Source: Atribacteria bacterium SCGC AAA255-G05 (GTDB lineage Bacteria; Atribacterota; Phoenicimicrobiia; Phoenicimicrobiales; Phoenicimicrobiaceae). Taken from it: a DNA stretch of 64,000 nt. A program made the position numbers and the translations under genes. The notes under the pieces are model-generated. The model made no database searches, was not told the origin of the DNA, and saw nothing but the letters and a program-made list of their open reading frames with translations. The DNA lies in assembly GCA_000405605.1 (NCBI GenBank), contig ASPA01000002.1, forward strand, positions 16,998 to 80,997, in the 5' to 3' direction. Below are positions 1 to 9,458 of this stretch, piece by piece. The first letter of the stretch is position 1, and every line of letters starts with the position of its first letter.

Positions 1-162
1 AAAATACCATTTATCATTCCAATATATTAGCCATAGCCTTTTTGATAAGACTCATTTCTCTTAAAAGTTAGAAAATATTTTTGAAATTTTGTAAATTACA
101 TGCTTGTTCGTGAAAAAATAATTAGAAAAGATTAATTTATAATATGGGGCATTGACAAAATA

Positions 163-1863
163 ATGAAAAGAGAAACCCATTACTTAGATGAGGGATTAAT
201 TCATGAAATTAACAAACTTAATATTTTGATTGAGAAAAATAATTGTAGACAATTGAAATTAATAGATTCACAAAAATTATCTCAGCTATCAAAAGAAAAC
301 AAAAGCTCTGATTTTTCACAGAAATTTGTATTAAATCTTTGGCAATTAGGATTTTTAAATGCAGACATAGTATATTCAGATAAAAAAATTGATATTGATG
401 GACTTTTTTTTAATGGGAAAAAAGGTGATATGTTTCTATATGCTGATGAAAGAGAATTGCCTGTAAAGACAACCGGTTATTCTAATGCTATATCAAATTT
501 AGAAGATATTCATCCTGGTATTACACCTTTATTTCATCCATTTCGTTGTTACGTTCTTTATCAAATTTATAATAAACTGAAATTAAATTTTTCATCAGTA
601 CAAACATTGTTAAATACCAAAGGCTTCGACCAATTGATATCTTTGCATATCGAAAGGTTCAATACCTGGTCATCAAAAAAAGAAGCTTCTTTATTATTCA
701 AGTATTGGAACTATATAACATCTATTGCGGTTATATCAGAACCATCTGTTCATCGTACTATTTTTAACAAAGTGACTTGGGATATTTCAGACAATTATAA
801 ATCTATTCTCGAAAGATTGAAAAAAATTGGGGAAAAGGTAATAAATTTATATAAAACAATAGGTGAAGTACATATTGAACGTTATCGAGATAAAATATGC
901 ACAGATGCTGAAATTATAGATTCCAATAAATATCTACATCTAATCATCCGACTGATGAAATCGGATGAAAGGGAAAAGTTAAAGAGACATATTTCTTCGG
1001 CGCTTCTTTTCCTTACAATGGCGGAATGTTTAAGACGTACCCTGGAACTTGCTTTTCAAAAAGAGTATCCAGAAGAGGATGAGTGTGGATTCGGAGAAGT
1101 ATCTCGCAATGCAAAATTATTACTTCAAGGTAGCACGAGAGTATTGGATGGAAATAGGGTTGTTGCTAATCAATTTCTAAGAAGATTTGGATTAGATTAC
1201 GGAATTAGAATTAATGTTTACGTTGAAGGTAATACTGAATTTGAAGCATTGAAATCAGAGTTTTCGACAAATAGTTCGGTTTTAATAATAAACCTTCGTG
1301 GTCAGTTTAAAGAAAAACAAGGAAAAGGTGTTTCTTTTAGAGAAAGCCTAAGAAATGATATAAAATCTAAAATTTTTAGTATTATTTTATTAGATGGTGA
1401 TGTTTCTGAAAATTATCGGGCAGTACGGAAAGCCGCAGAATTAGATGAAATTTGTGGCTTGTTTTTTGTTTCTAACCCCGACTTTGAATTTCAAAATTTT
1501 AAGATAGATGAATTAACAGAAATTGCCTTTCAATTGGCAGTGAAAAAAGGATTAAAAGAATGTTCACTTGATGAATTAAAGAAAAATACAGGTAAAGCAA
1601 CAAATGCCAAAGAGTTTATTAAAATTTTGCACAAACAATCACCTTTTTTTCTTTCGATATCAAAAGGATCTGAATGGGGGAAAGCATTGGTTAAATATGC
1701 GAGGTGGAATTTGTTAGGTAAAGAATTTGGCAACAAGGATGACCGGCTTATAAATCAAATTATAAGGACTATTTATAACGGATTTAATGCTTCGTATGAA
1801 GTGACACGTCAACAACAAAAAATTGATCCAATTACGGGTAAATTAATAGAAAGGAAAATTTAA
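163..1863 (+). CDS. Hypothetical 566-aa protein with a C-terminal Toprim-like region (DUF4276/OLD-family-like).
   Basis: Complete ORF with an ATG start. Residues ~345-470 carry a hydrophobic strand plus EGxxE ('NVYVEGNTEFE') and, ~64 aa later, a hydrophobic strand plus DxD ('SIILLDGDVSE'). This is the classic Toprim signature and spacing. The N-terminal ~340 aa has no recognisable domain. Confidence 0.5.
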   Translation: MKRETHYLDEGLIHEINKLNILIEKNNCRQLKLIDSQKLSQLSKENKSSDFSQKFVLNLWQLGFLNADIVYSDKKIDIDGLFFNGKKGDMFLYADERELPVKTTGYSNAISNLEDIHPGITPLFHPFRCYVLYQIYNKLKLNFSSVQTLLNTKGFDQLISLHIERFNTWSSKKEASLLFKYWNYITSIAVISEPSVHRTIFNKVTWDISDNYKSILERLKKIGEKVINLYKTIGEVHIERYRDKICTDAEIIDSNKYLHLIIRLMKSDEREKLKRHISSALLFLTMAECLRRTLELAFQKEYPEEDECGFGEVSRNAKLLLQGSTRVLDGNRVVANQFLRRFGLDYGIRINVYVEGNTEFEALKSEFSTNSSVLIINLRGQFKEKQGKGVSFRESLRNDIKSKIFSIILLDGDVSENYRAVRKAAELDEICGLFFVSNPDFEFQNFKIDELTEIAFQLAVKKGLKECSLDELKKNTGKATNAKEFIKILHKQSPFFLSISKGSEWGKALVKYARWNLLGKEFGNKDDRLINQIIRTIYNGFNASYEVTRQQQKIDPITGKLIERKI

Positions 1864-1908
1864 ATTAAATTTGCTACATATGCTGAAATGTGTATCGTTT
1901 TTATTTAG

Positions 1909-2634
1909 GTGTATTTTAAAATGCAAAAGATTAATATTGCAAAAGTATTAGAATTTTATAAAGGTTCATTGGTAAAAAAAATTGACTTATCATCATTATA
2001 CTCGCGTTCGAAAATTGCCCACAAATGGAAATTGACATATAGACTAATTGTACTAAGAGAAGCTATATCTTGGCGATTTGTAGACATCTTGTCTCAAGCA
2101 TACAGTAACGGAATGCATGATATGACGATAGGTTCATTAATATTAACTAGAGCTGCTTTAGAAACAGTATGTTTGTTAATATACATGAATAATAAAATGC
2201 AGCTGGTTATTGATGGGAAAATGAGTTTCGATGATTTTGAGCGCATTACTATAAGATTGTTATTAGGTGTAAAGAATATAGATAAATTGCCTGAACCTGT
2301 AAACATTATGAAATTGATAGAAGATAGCGAAAGTAAATATCCAGGAATAAAAAAAACATATGACGATCTTTGCGAAATAGTACATCCAAATTATCGTGGA
2401 TTATGTTATGGATATACTAAGACTAATCAACAAGAATATGAGACGGAGTTTGGAATATTTTGTGAAGAAAAATTCGGAAATCAATATGAATCTATGATTG
2501 AGAAATGTCTAAAAACTTTCGAAGAAGAATATAATGATTGGAAGAAACATTTTGAACAACTGGAAAAATGGCTCGAAAAAAATGATAGTAAATTAGAAAG
2601 ACAGAGAAATAAGAAATTAAAAAAGAATGTTTAA
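1909..2634 (+). CDS. Hypothetical protein with a predicted alpha-helical, lysine-rich C-terminus.
   Basis: 241-aa ORF lying immediately downstream of the ORF at 163..1863 on the same strand. No recognisable family. Confidence 0.45.
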   Translation: MYFKMQKINIAKVLEFYKGSLVKKIDLSSLYSRSKIAHKWKLTYRLIVLREAISWRFVDILSQAYSNGMHDMTIGSLILTRAALETVCLLIYMNNKMQLVIDGKMSFDDFERITIRLLLGVKNIDKLPEPVNIMKLIEDSESKYPGIKKTYDDLCEIVHPNYRGLCYGYTKTNQQEYETEFGIFCEEKFGNQYESMIEKCLKTFEEEYNDWKKHFEQLEKWLEKNDSKLERQRNKKLKKNV

Positions 2635-2949
2635 CAATGCAATTTACAAGAGAATAAAGACACTAATGAACTTTTTTTATGTATTGGAATGAAAGACATT
2701 TCTCTTTTTCTTAGAAAATTAATATTTTTGCTGTTAAATTAAATAGAGAAGGGATCAGTATATTAACAGATCAATAACCCGAAAACTTTTCGCACAAAAC
2801 CTATGGGGTCTTTCTAGTTTCTTAACAAGATAATTGAGCTTTAAATATAAAAATAGGAGAAACGGATCCCAATTTTAAATATAAAATTTCTAATAATGTG
2901 AAATTATGAAGACAAGATTCTAAGAGATACGCTTATAAGGAGTTGGAAA

Positions 2950-3753
2950 ATGAATGGTATAGTGAAAAAGGATTTACCCTTCAAAGATATCGAAATAAAT
3001 GATTTAGAAATAAAATTACTTCATTTGAAAAATTTAGTTGTTGAATCCAAAGAGTTAATAGAATTGGGATTTAAATATCTACTGAAAGTTAATTTTAGAA
3101 ATAAAGATGAATGGGCTTATCCGATCTTCTTGCTTTTTTTTTCAAGAGGATTTGAATTGTTAATGAAGGCTATGATTTGTTATAAGACTTATGAGAACAA
3201 TCATGATAGTAAGGATGAAAAAACATTTTTTCCCTCAACAGAATTTTTAAAAGAAAACATTGGACATAATTTAGTTGAATTAAGAGGTCTGATAATTCAG
3301 AATTATAATGGAATTAAAAAAAGGGAAAACAAAACAAATGAAAGGTTGATCAAAGATCTAAGGAAGGATCGTTATTTTCTATCGAATGATAAAAAATTAC
3401 TTTCTTTATTAGAAATATTTTCAGACTACGCAAGACAAGGTCGTTATTATGAATTAAATAAGATTACTGAATCTAATAGAAATGTCTATAATGCAAAAAT
3501 AGAATTTGATAATCTAATATTATCTTTTATCCAGAAAGATAAAACACTTTTAAATGAATGGAATAAAGAAGAAAATAATTCTAGTGAAGATGATTTTCTT
3601 AATAATATTGATAGTGTTTGGTCAAAAGTTGTAAAAGAAAATATTTTTCCTACTCTAAGAAAATATTTTGAGACTTTATATCGACAATTTAGCTATGGAT
3701 TACTAGGAGAAAAAGCAATGGAAGTGTCTTACTTTTTGGAAATTAATTTCTAA
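2950..3753 (+). CDS. Hypothetical protein, alpha-helical, possibly HEPN-like (weak).
   Basis: 267-aa ORF with an AGGAG ribosome-binding site ('aaggagttggaaaATG'). It has helical motifs ('FSRGFELLMKAM', 'IGHNLVELRG') but no canonical Rx4-6H could be confirmed. Confidence 0.45.
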   Translation: MNGIVKKDLPFKDIEINDLEIKLLHLKNLVVESKELIELGFKYLLKVNFRNKDEWAYPIFLLFFSRGFELLMKAMICYKTYENNHDSKDEKTFFPSTEFLKENIGHNLVELRGLIIQNYNGIKKRENKTNERLIKDLRKDRYFLSNDKKLLSLLEIFSDYARQGRYYELNKITESNRNVYNAKIEFDNLILSFIQKDKTLLNEWNKEENNSSEDDFLNNIDSVWSKVVKENIFPTLRKYFETLYRQFSYGLLGEKAMEVSYFLEINF

Positions 3754-3789
3754 ACAATAACGGTAAATCCTATTTTGATAAAACAGAGG

Positions 3790-5560
3790 AACGGTCCTTC
3801 GTTTGACAATACACTAGTAAATAACAAGAGATACATTCTAGTTTTTAAAATAACGAATCGTCCCAAGTCAATAGTCCGGTAACTTTTGGTTTTTGTCATA
3901 CTAAATTTAAGTATTTTTATTATATTTTATTCTGCAAATCAAAGAGCCACTCTTTCTCACTTTTTCTCTCTAATTATGCTAATTTACCTGACGATTATAA
4001 TTATAATTTGCAAACAACAGGGACGGAGCGGGTAGCTTTCCTTCCCCCTTAAATCCCCCCTAAAACCCTCCTCTTATCCCCCTTCTTTTTATTTTTGCTC
4101 TTTGGCTCAAAAGCTACGCTCGCGGGGACGCTTCTAAGCATAAATGCGAGCAGTAACGCTCTTTACGGCCCCGCTGTTGCTTCGCTTTATTCGCCACCGC
4201 AAAAAACCAAGGTTAGGCTATGATTCATTAGGGGGGAAGCATAAGGAGGAAGGAAAAACTGCGGTCGATTCACCTTCACTCTACCAGCATAAATGTAAGC
4301 TTATCGCTCTTTCCTCTCTCCCTTGCCCCGCCCCTATTTGCGAACCTTTTCGTGCAGCTGCCATCCATCGTGGTTTAGTCTTCTTCCCGGAAAAAAAAGA
4401 TAAAAAGTAAAAAAAGAGCAGAAGATCGGGAACTTTTTATCTTCTTTTTCGGTGATTATATTGTTTTGATTCTTTGCGGTTAAGCGATAAGAAAAAACAT
4501 ACAACTAATAAAAAGTTAAAAGAATCGCTTTTTATATATAAACTTTTTATTGTTGTAGTTTTTACCTATCGCGGGGGAAAGACAAGAAGGAGAGAAAAAA
4601 AGAAAGAGCAATACTCTCACCAGCAAATAGTAATTTACCTGGTGAGAGTATTGCCAGGGAGAAAGAGTATTGCTTTATTATAAGCAAGGGGAAATCACCC
4701 CTCTTTTACAAAAAGCAATACCAGAGAAGGAAAAGCAAAGGGAAGGGCATATCTTCAGAAAAAATCTTCAAAAAGAAAAACTTTTTTGAGATATTTTTAT
4801 CTGAAGTAATGCCGGGAGAAGAAAAAGTGCATAGTTTACGACAAGAGGGAAAAGCGCCCACTTGCCGAAAACTATGCTTTCCGTAGGGAAGGTAATGCAA
4901 TAATATCATTTATCTTTTCTTTTTAAGTGTCTATTTTTCTTCCGGATCTTTGTATTCGGCGCTGAGAGAGGGAGAACACTGCAAAAAAATCTACGCTTTC
5001 ATTTAAGACTTTTTGTAGTGCTTTCCCTCGGAAGCGCCATCGTTGCCGCACCTATAAACTCTTAGGATAGTTTTAGTATTTTTTTACTGCTACTGCTAAA
5101 AAATATTAAAAACGTAGAGGAACAATGATCAGAAATAGAAAGGAACCATAGGGTGAGTAGAAATAGAAGTGCAGCCCTACGACAAGAAGTATCTCATTTA
5201 GCCCGCCTTTATATTTTTAACCAGGCTAAAAAAACTTTTAACTGGTTAAAAATATAATGCTTTTTTTGCTATACATAACAAGACTTTATCGGATAAGATA
5301 AGCGTGAAATTATTTCTGGAAGAATGTCCGATAAAGTCTTGTTATGTATGTGGTGGCTTTCGAGTAAACTCCTTAACAAAAAAAGCTCCTGGCGGGCGGT
5401 CGTGGTAAAAGTAAATCAGTCGGAGTAGTTAAAATGGATTATTTAAAGCCGCTGAAGTAGTCTAAAACTGATAGGAATATGTATAGATTTATAAGGGAAA
5501 TTAAAATTGATCAAAATAACGATATATTTTTAAATTATTTTAAAGTTTATGCTTGACAGA
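3790..5560. other. Long (~1.75 kb) non-coding region with GC-rich islands and at least seven stable hairpins. Candidate large structured ncRNA or a cluster of sRNAs.
   Basis: No ORF of 100 aa or more. Perfect or near-perfect inverted repeats are visible, e.g. 'gcaatactctcaccag…ctggtgagagtattgc' (~4608-4655), 'gtattgcttt…aaagcaatac' (~4665-4722), 'ttttaaccag…ctggttaaaa' (~5215-5255) and 'catacataacaagactttatcgg…ccgataaagtcttgttatgtatg' (~5270-5350). GC-rich tracts ('ggacggagcgggtagc…ccttccccc', 'cgcggggacgc') sit in a ~30% GC genome. Confidence 0.3.
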
Positions 5561-5593
5561 ATTTTATAAAAGTTATATTGTATTGGTATACCA
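5553..5593 (+). promoter_or_regulatory. Putative sigma70-type promoter (TTGACA, 17 nt spacer, TATTGT) overlapping a perfect palindrome TGGTATACCA, which is a FadR/GntR-type operator.
   Basis: TTGACA lies at 5553-5558. The sequence 'tattggtataccaga' contains the 10-bp palindrome TGGTATACCA at 5584-5593, immediately upstream of the GntR gene's ribosome-binding site. Confidence 0.4.
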
Positions 5594-5607
5594 GAGAGGA
5601 GTTTGGT

Positions 5608-6276
5608 ATGCCAGCAAATAAAATCGAAAATGAAAAACTATCTGTTGAGATATATAAAAAGATTAAAAATAAACTTTTATATTTAGATATTTTGCCCGGT
5701 ACTGTTTTGCGAGAAATGGAAATAGCTAATATGTTCTCCGTAAGTCGTACCCCTATTCGAGAAGCTACACAAAGACTTGCAATTGAAGGATGGATTGAGA
5801 TTAATTCTCGTAAAAGTATAGTAATAAAAGCTATTTGTAAACAAGATGTAATAGAGATATTTGAATTTCGTCGTATTATTGAACCAATGGTGTTAGACAT
5901 AATCTTGGATAAAAGATTAGCTGATATCACATTGATTAATGATATTCAGGATACTTTAAATGCTATGAAATCTACGAAAGATAATACGGCAGAGTTTATT
6001 GATTTAGACCAAAATTTTCATGCTTTAATAATTCATAAGATTAATAATAAAAGATTAAATCAAACCTGGGAACAATTAAAGGACGAAATTATACGATTAG
6101 GCATGATAGCTCTGCAATATCCCGGAAGATTTACCAATGTAGCAGAAGAACATGAAAAAATAGTTGATGCTCTTGTAGATATGAAAAAGATGAAGGCCAG
6201 AAAAAGTTGTTTAGACCATCTTCGTTCAACGGAAGATATCATTTTGGAAAGTATATTTAAGAAAGGAAGTAAATAA
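5608..6276 (+). CDS. GntR-family transcriptional regulator (FadR/FCD subfamily).
   Basis: N-terminal GntR helix-turn-helix ('VSRTPIREATQRLAIEGWIEI') and a C-terminal FCD-like helical domain. ATG at 5608 follows the ribosome-binding site GAGAGGA. The supplied ORF begins at an upstream TTG at 5578. Confidence 0.8.
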   Translation: MPANKIENEKLSVEIYKKIKNKLLYLDILPGTVLREMEIANMFSVSRTPIREATQRLAIEGWIEINSRKSIVIKAICKQDVIEIFEFRRIIEPMVLDIILDKRLADITLINDIQDTLNAMKSTKDNTAEFIDLDQNFHALIIHKINNKRLNQTWEQLKDEIIRLGMIALQYPGRFTNVAEEHEKIVDALVDMKKMKARKSCLDHLRSTEDIILESIFKKGSK

Positions 6277-6281
6277 ATCTA

Positions 6282-6983
6282 TTGAGAATTAATCTAAGAT
6301 ATAGAAATTTAAAAACAGAAGAAAATATTGTTGAATTAAAATGGGATAGTTGTGTGGCTGCAGGCTATACTGGAAGAGATCAAAAAGCTGTAATGGCACA
6401 TATTAAAGAATTAGAAATTCTTGGTATTCCCGCCCCACAGAAGGTACCTGCAATGTATTGGATAGATCCAGAGAGAGTAAGCACATCAAAAACTTTATAC
6501 GTTATAGGCGAAACAACATCTGGGGAAGTAGAATTTTTCTTTGCTAAGGACATAAATGGCAAAGCATACGTTACTATTGCCAGTGACCATACTGATAGAA
6601 AAATAGAAAAGGAATCTATTTCCAAAGCGAAGCAGATTTGTAGCAAAATTATTGCGGTAAATTGTTGGAAAGTGTCCGATATCCGTGATCATTGGGATGA
6701 CATAATCATTAGAGTAAAGATTAAAGAAGAAGACAATTCTCCAGAAATTCTATACCAGGAAGGCTCGTTAAAAAAAATACTTTTACCTGAAGAGTTAGAG
6801 CGAATTTGTGAACAGGACAACCCGAGAAAACAAGGTAATATAGCTATTTTAAGTGGAACATTGCCTTTAATTTCTAACCAAGTCATATTTGCTAAAACAT
6901 ATCTACTAATTATGTCTGATCCAGTATTAAAAAGGGAAATTAGCCATACCTATAGAGTATTCACTTTACCGGATCGAAGTTAG
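6282..6983 (+). CDS. Conserved hypothetical protein, DUF2848-like.
   Basis: TTG start 6 nt after the GntR stop codon. It has an 'AGYTGRD' motif and sits next to an amidohydrolase, which is the usual DUF2848 context. The call rests on recalled motifs only. Confidence 0.45.
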   Translation: MRINLRYRNLKTEENIVELKWDSCVAAGYTGRDQKAVMAHIKELEILGIPAPQKVPAMYWIDPERVSTSKTLYVIGETTSGEVEFFFAKDINGKAYVTIASDHTDRKIEKESISKAKQICSKIIAVNCWKVSDIRDHWDDIIIRVKIKEEDNSPEILYQEGSLKKILLPEELERICEQDNPRKQGNIAILSGTLPLISNQVIFAKTYLLIMSDPVLKREISHTYRVFTLPDRS

Positions 6984-7000
6984 AGAGGAGGTAGTTAAAT

Positions 7001-7792
7001 ATGAAAATCGGTATAATCCAGATGGATATTAAATTAGGTAACCCAGATTCTAATTATAAAAAAGTTACTACCTTAATAGAAGAAATTATGCAGCAAAAAG
7101 AAAGGCCTGGAGTAATTGTTCTTCCTGAGTTATGGACAACAGGGTATGCCTTTAACCAAATAGAGGATATAGCTTCAATTGAAGGTAAAGAATCTGCGGA
7201 TTTTTTAGGCAAACTATCTAGACAATATGGAGTATGGTTTGTGGGTGGATCAATTATTGCATCCACCTCTAGAGGTTATGTTAATAGGGCTCAAGTTATT
7301 AATCCTAACGGTGAATTAATTGCAATGTATGATAAAATCCACCTTTTTGGTCTAATGAATGAAGATAATTATTTAGTGAATGGTGAAAAAATTGATATTT
7401 TCAATTTAAATGGAATTGCTTCCAGTTGTGTGGTTTGTTATGATATTAGATTTTGTGAACTTATTAGAAAAATAGCTCTTTCCAAAGTTGAGTTGTTGTT
7501 TGTATGTGCTGAGTGGCCGCATCCTCGCTTAGATCATTGGAGAACCTTGCTTACAGCTCGAGCTATAGAGAATCAAATGTACGTAGTAGCTTGTAATAGA
7601 GTAGGAAAATCAGGAGAAAACATTTTCTTTGGGCATTCTATGGTAATTGATCCCTGGGGGAAGATAATAGGCGAATTAATTGAGGAAAAAGAAGGTTTTC
7701 TTATTGTAGATATAGATTTATCATTAGTTGAAGAAGTAAGAAATAAAATGCCTGTTTTTAATGATAGAAGACCAGAAGCATATACTCTTTGA
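7001..7792 (+). CDS. Carbon-nitrogen hydrolase (nitrilase superfamily, omega-amidase/YafV-like).
   Basis: 'VVLPELWTTGY' (catalytic Glu region), a Lys region and 'CYDIRFCEL' (catalytic Cys). Strong ribosome-binding site GAGGAGG. Confidence 0.8.
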   Translation: MKIGIIQMDIKLGNPDSNYKKVTTLIEEIMQQKERPGVIVLPELWTTGYAFNQIEDIASIEGKESADFLGKLSRQYGVWFVGGSIIASTSRGYVNRAQVINPNGELIAMYDKIHLFGLMNEDNYLVNGEKIDIFNLNGIASSCVVCYDIRFCELIRKIALSKVELLFVCAEWPHPRLDHWRTLLTARAIENQMYVVACNRVGKSGENIFFGHSMVIDPWGKIIGELIEEKEGFLIVDIDLSLVEEVRNKMPVFNDRRPEAYTL

Positions 7793-7890
7793 AGAGCGAG
7801 GGAGAAAGCAAAGTAAGTTGAGTAATAAAGGAGGTGATATTTAGAAATTACAATTTCTTATTTATTCTGAAAAAAAAGGAGGTTATAATA

Positions 7891-8874
7891 ATGAGAAAAA
7901 GAGGATTTTTTATTTTAATATTAATGTTAATAATGTTACTTATGGTATCCACAGTTGTAGCAGCAGGCGAGACTATTGAATTGAAATATGGACATGATGG
8001 TTCTTTAACTCATCAATATCAGATTGCCGCTACTTATTTTAAGAAATTGGTAGAAGAGAAAACTAATGGAAGAATAGAAATAACGATTTTCCCAAGTGGG
8101 CAATTAGGACACGAGAGAGAACTTGCAGAAGGTATAATAATGGGAACAGTAGATATTTGTACCGTTGCTGGTGCTTTACCATCTTGGGTGCCGAGTTATG
8201 AAGTATGGGGGATCCCCTTTTTAATTAGAGATCGGCAACATGCTTATCACGTTTTGGATGGCGAAATAGGAGAAAAATGGAAAGAGGAATTTCTTGCTCA
8301 AGGTATGAAAATTATGGGCTATGGAGATATTGGGTTACGTAATTTGACTAATGATGTGCGACCTATTAGGACACCTGAAGACATGGAAGGTCTTAAGTTT
8401 AGAGTACAGGAGTCTAAAATATGGTTAGTTACCATGAAAGCCCTTAATTGCACAGGGGTTCCAATACCTTTTGGAGAATTATACACTGCTCTACAACAAG
8501 GAGTAGTGGATGGACAAGAAAATCCACTTGCAACTATTAGATCTATGAAATTTTATGAAGTTCAGAAGTATTGCAGTATAACTAAACATACCTTTTCTCC
8601 TTATTGTTATCTAATGAACCCGAAAAAATTTGATAGTTTATCATTGGAAGACCAAAAAATTATAGAAGAAGCATTTGCCGCGACTGAGAAGTATGAAAGA
8701 GATGTGCAAATAAAAAATTATGATGAAAATTTGCAATATTTAAAAGACCAGGGCATGCAAGTAACAGAAGATGTTGATATATCGGCATTTATAGAAGCAA
8801 CTATAGACGTAGCTAAAGCTATTTCAGATATAGTCCCCACAGAACTAGTGGAAAATATTAGAAATACTAAATAA
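7891..8874 (+). CDS. dctP: TRAP transporter substrate-binding protein (DctP family).
   Basis: Signal peptide followed by a typical DctP fold. ATG at 7891 follows 'aaaggaggttataata'. The ORF track shows an in-frame upstream extension from 7834. Confidence 0.8.
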   Translation: MRKRGFFILILMLIMLLMVSTVVAAGETIELKYGHDGSLTHQYQIAATYFKKLVEEKTNGRIEITIFPSGQLGHERELAEGIIMGTVDICTVAGALPSWVPSYEVWGIPFLIRDRQHAYHVLDGEIGEKWKEEFLAQGMKIMGYGDIGLRNLTNDVRPIRTPEDMEGLKFRVQESKIWLVTMKALNCTGVPIPFGELYTALQQGVVDGQENPLATIRSMKFYEVQKYCSITKHTFSPYCYLMNPKKFDSLSLEDQKIIEEAFAATEKYERDVQIKNYDENLQYLKDQGMQVTEDVDISAFIEATIDVAKAISDIVPTELVENIRNTK

Positions 8875-8884
8875 TATTCACAAT

Positions 8885-8912
8885 CTTAGGGAGTAGAAAT
8901 ACTCCCTAAGAT
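8885..8912 (+). terminator. Hairpin 'cttagggagta-gaaa-tactccctaag' after dctP.
   Basis: 11-bp perfect stem located 10 nt after the stop codon. The tail is A-rich rather than U-rich. Confidence 0.35.
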
Positions 8913-8947
8913 TAATAAGATATTAGTAAGGAAGTAAAAAATATTCT

Positions 8948-9418
8948 ATGAAACGGGTTACCCATATTTTAAATAAAATTATTGAGTATAGTTTAATAAT
9001 ATCTTTGGCCTTACTCTCTATTATTGTATCTCTTCAAGTCTTTTCCCGTTATCTTTTTAGTATACCTATGCCTTGGTCAACCGATATTAATAGAATTCTT
9101 TTTATTTATCTAGTTTTTTTAGGCGCTACAATAGGAATTAGAGATCAATCACATTTAAATATTGATATACTGGTAAATAAATTTCCAAAAAGACTTCAGA
9201 AGCTCTTAAATATTCTTGTTAATTTCATTATCTTGGTATTTTTGATTACATTAGTGGTAGCAGGGTTAATTTTTGTATTGAGTTCTACAAATCAGGTAAC
9301 TTCCTATTTAAGGATATCTATAAGCTATTATTATCTCGCAATTCCTTTGAGTGCCATAGCAATGGTTTATTATATTTCTTTTCATCTAAAAGACCAAATT
9401 AAAAATTTTAAAAAGTAG
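8948..9418 (+). CDS. dctQ: TRAP transporter small permease (DctQ family).
   Basis: 156-aa protein with four transmembrane segments, lying between dctP and dctM. Confidence 0.75.
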   Translation: MKRVTHILNKIIEYSLIISLALLSIIVSLQVFSRYLFSIPMPWSTDINRILFIYLVFLGATIGIRDQSHLNIDILVNKFPKRLQKLLNILVNFIILVFLITLVVAGLIFVLSSTNQVTSYLRISISYYYLAIPLSAIAMVYYISFHLKDQIKNFKK

Positions 9419-9458
9419 TTGTTTAGAGACACAAAATTAGATAGGAGACATACGTATT

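Noticed and set aside
1530-1736. Antisense and overlapping short ORFs (1530..1736, 2094..2306, 6380..6886, 7054..7266, 12705..13026, 15548..15781, 17558..17752, 18296..18790, 20001..20612, 21458..21694, 23642..23893, 26334..26645, 34468..35011, 40223..40928, 45316..46244, 47705..48489, 49616..49867, 51803..52335, 53670..53852, 54057..54326, 56050..56241, 57745..57927, 58287..58577, 59759..60013, 60618..61342, 62036..63306)
   Set aside because: All of these lie within or antisense to well-supported longer genes. They lack ribosome-binding sites or have biased low-complexity composition.
4144-4909. Short ORFs 4144..4410, 4474..4683 and 4706..4909 in the structured intergenic region
   Set aside because: They are Arg/Lys/Pro-rich translations of GC-rich hairpin sequence with no ribosome-binding sites. 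They are more plausibly RNA structure than proteins.
3790-5560. CRISPR array or oriC in the long intergenic region
   Set aside because: No regularly spaced direct repeats were found. No DnaA-box consensus (TTATCCACA) clusters were found. The features are inverted repeats (hairpins) only.
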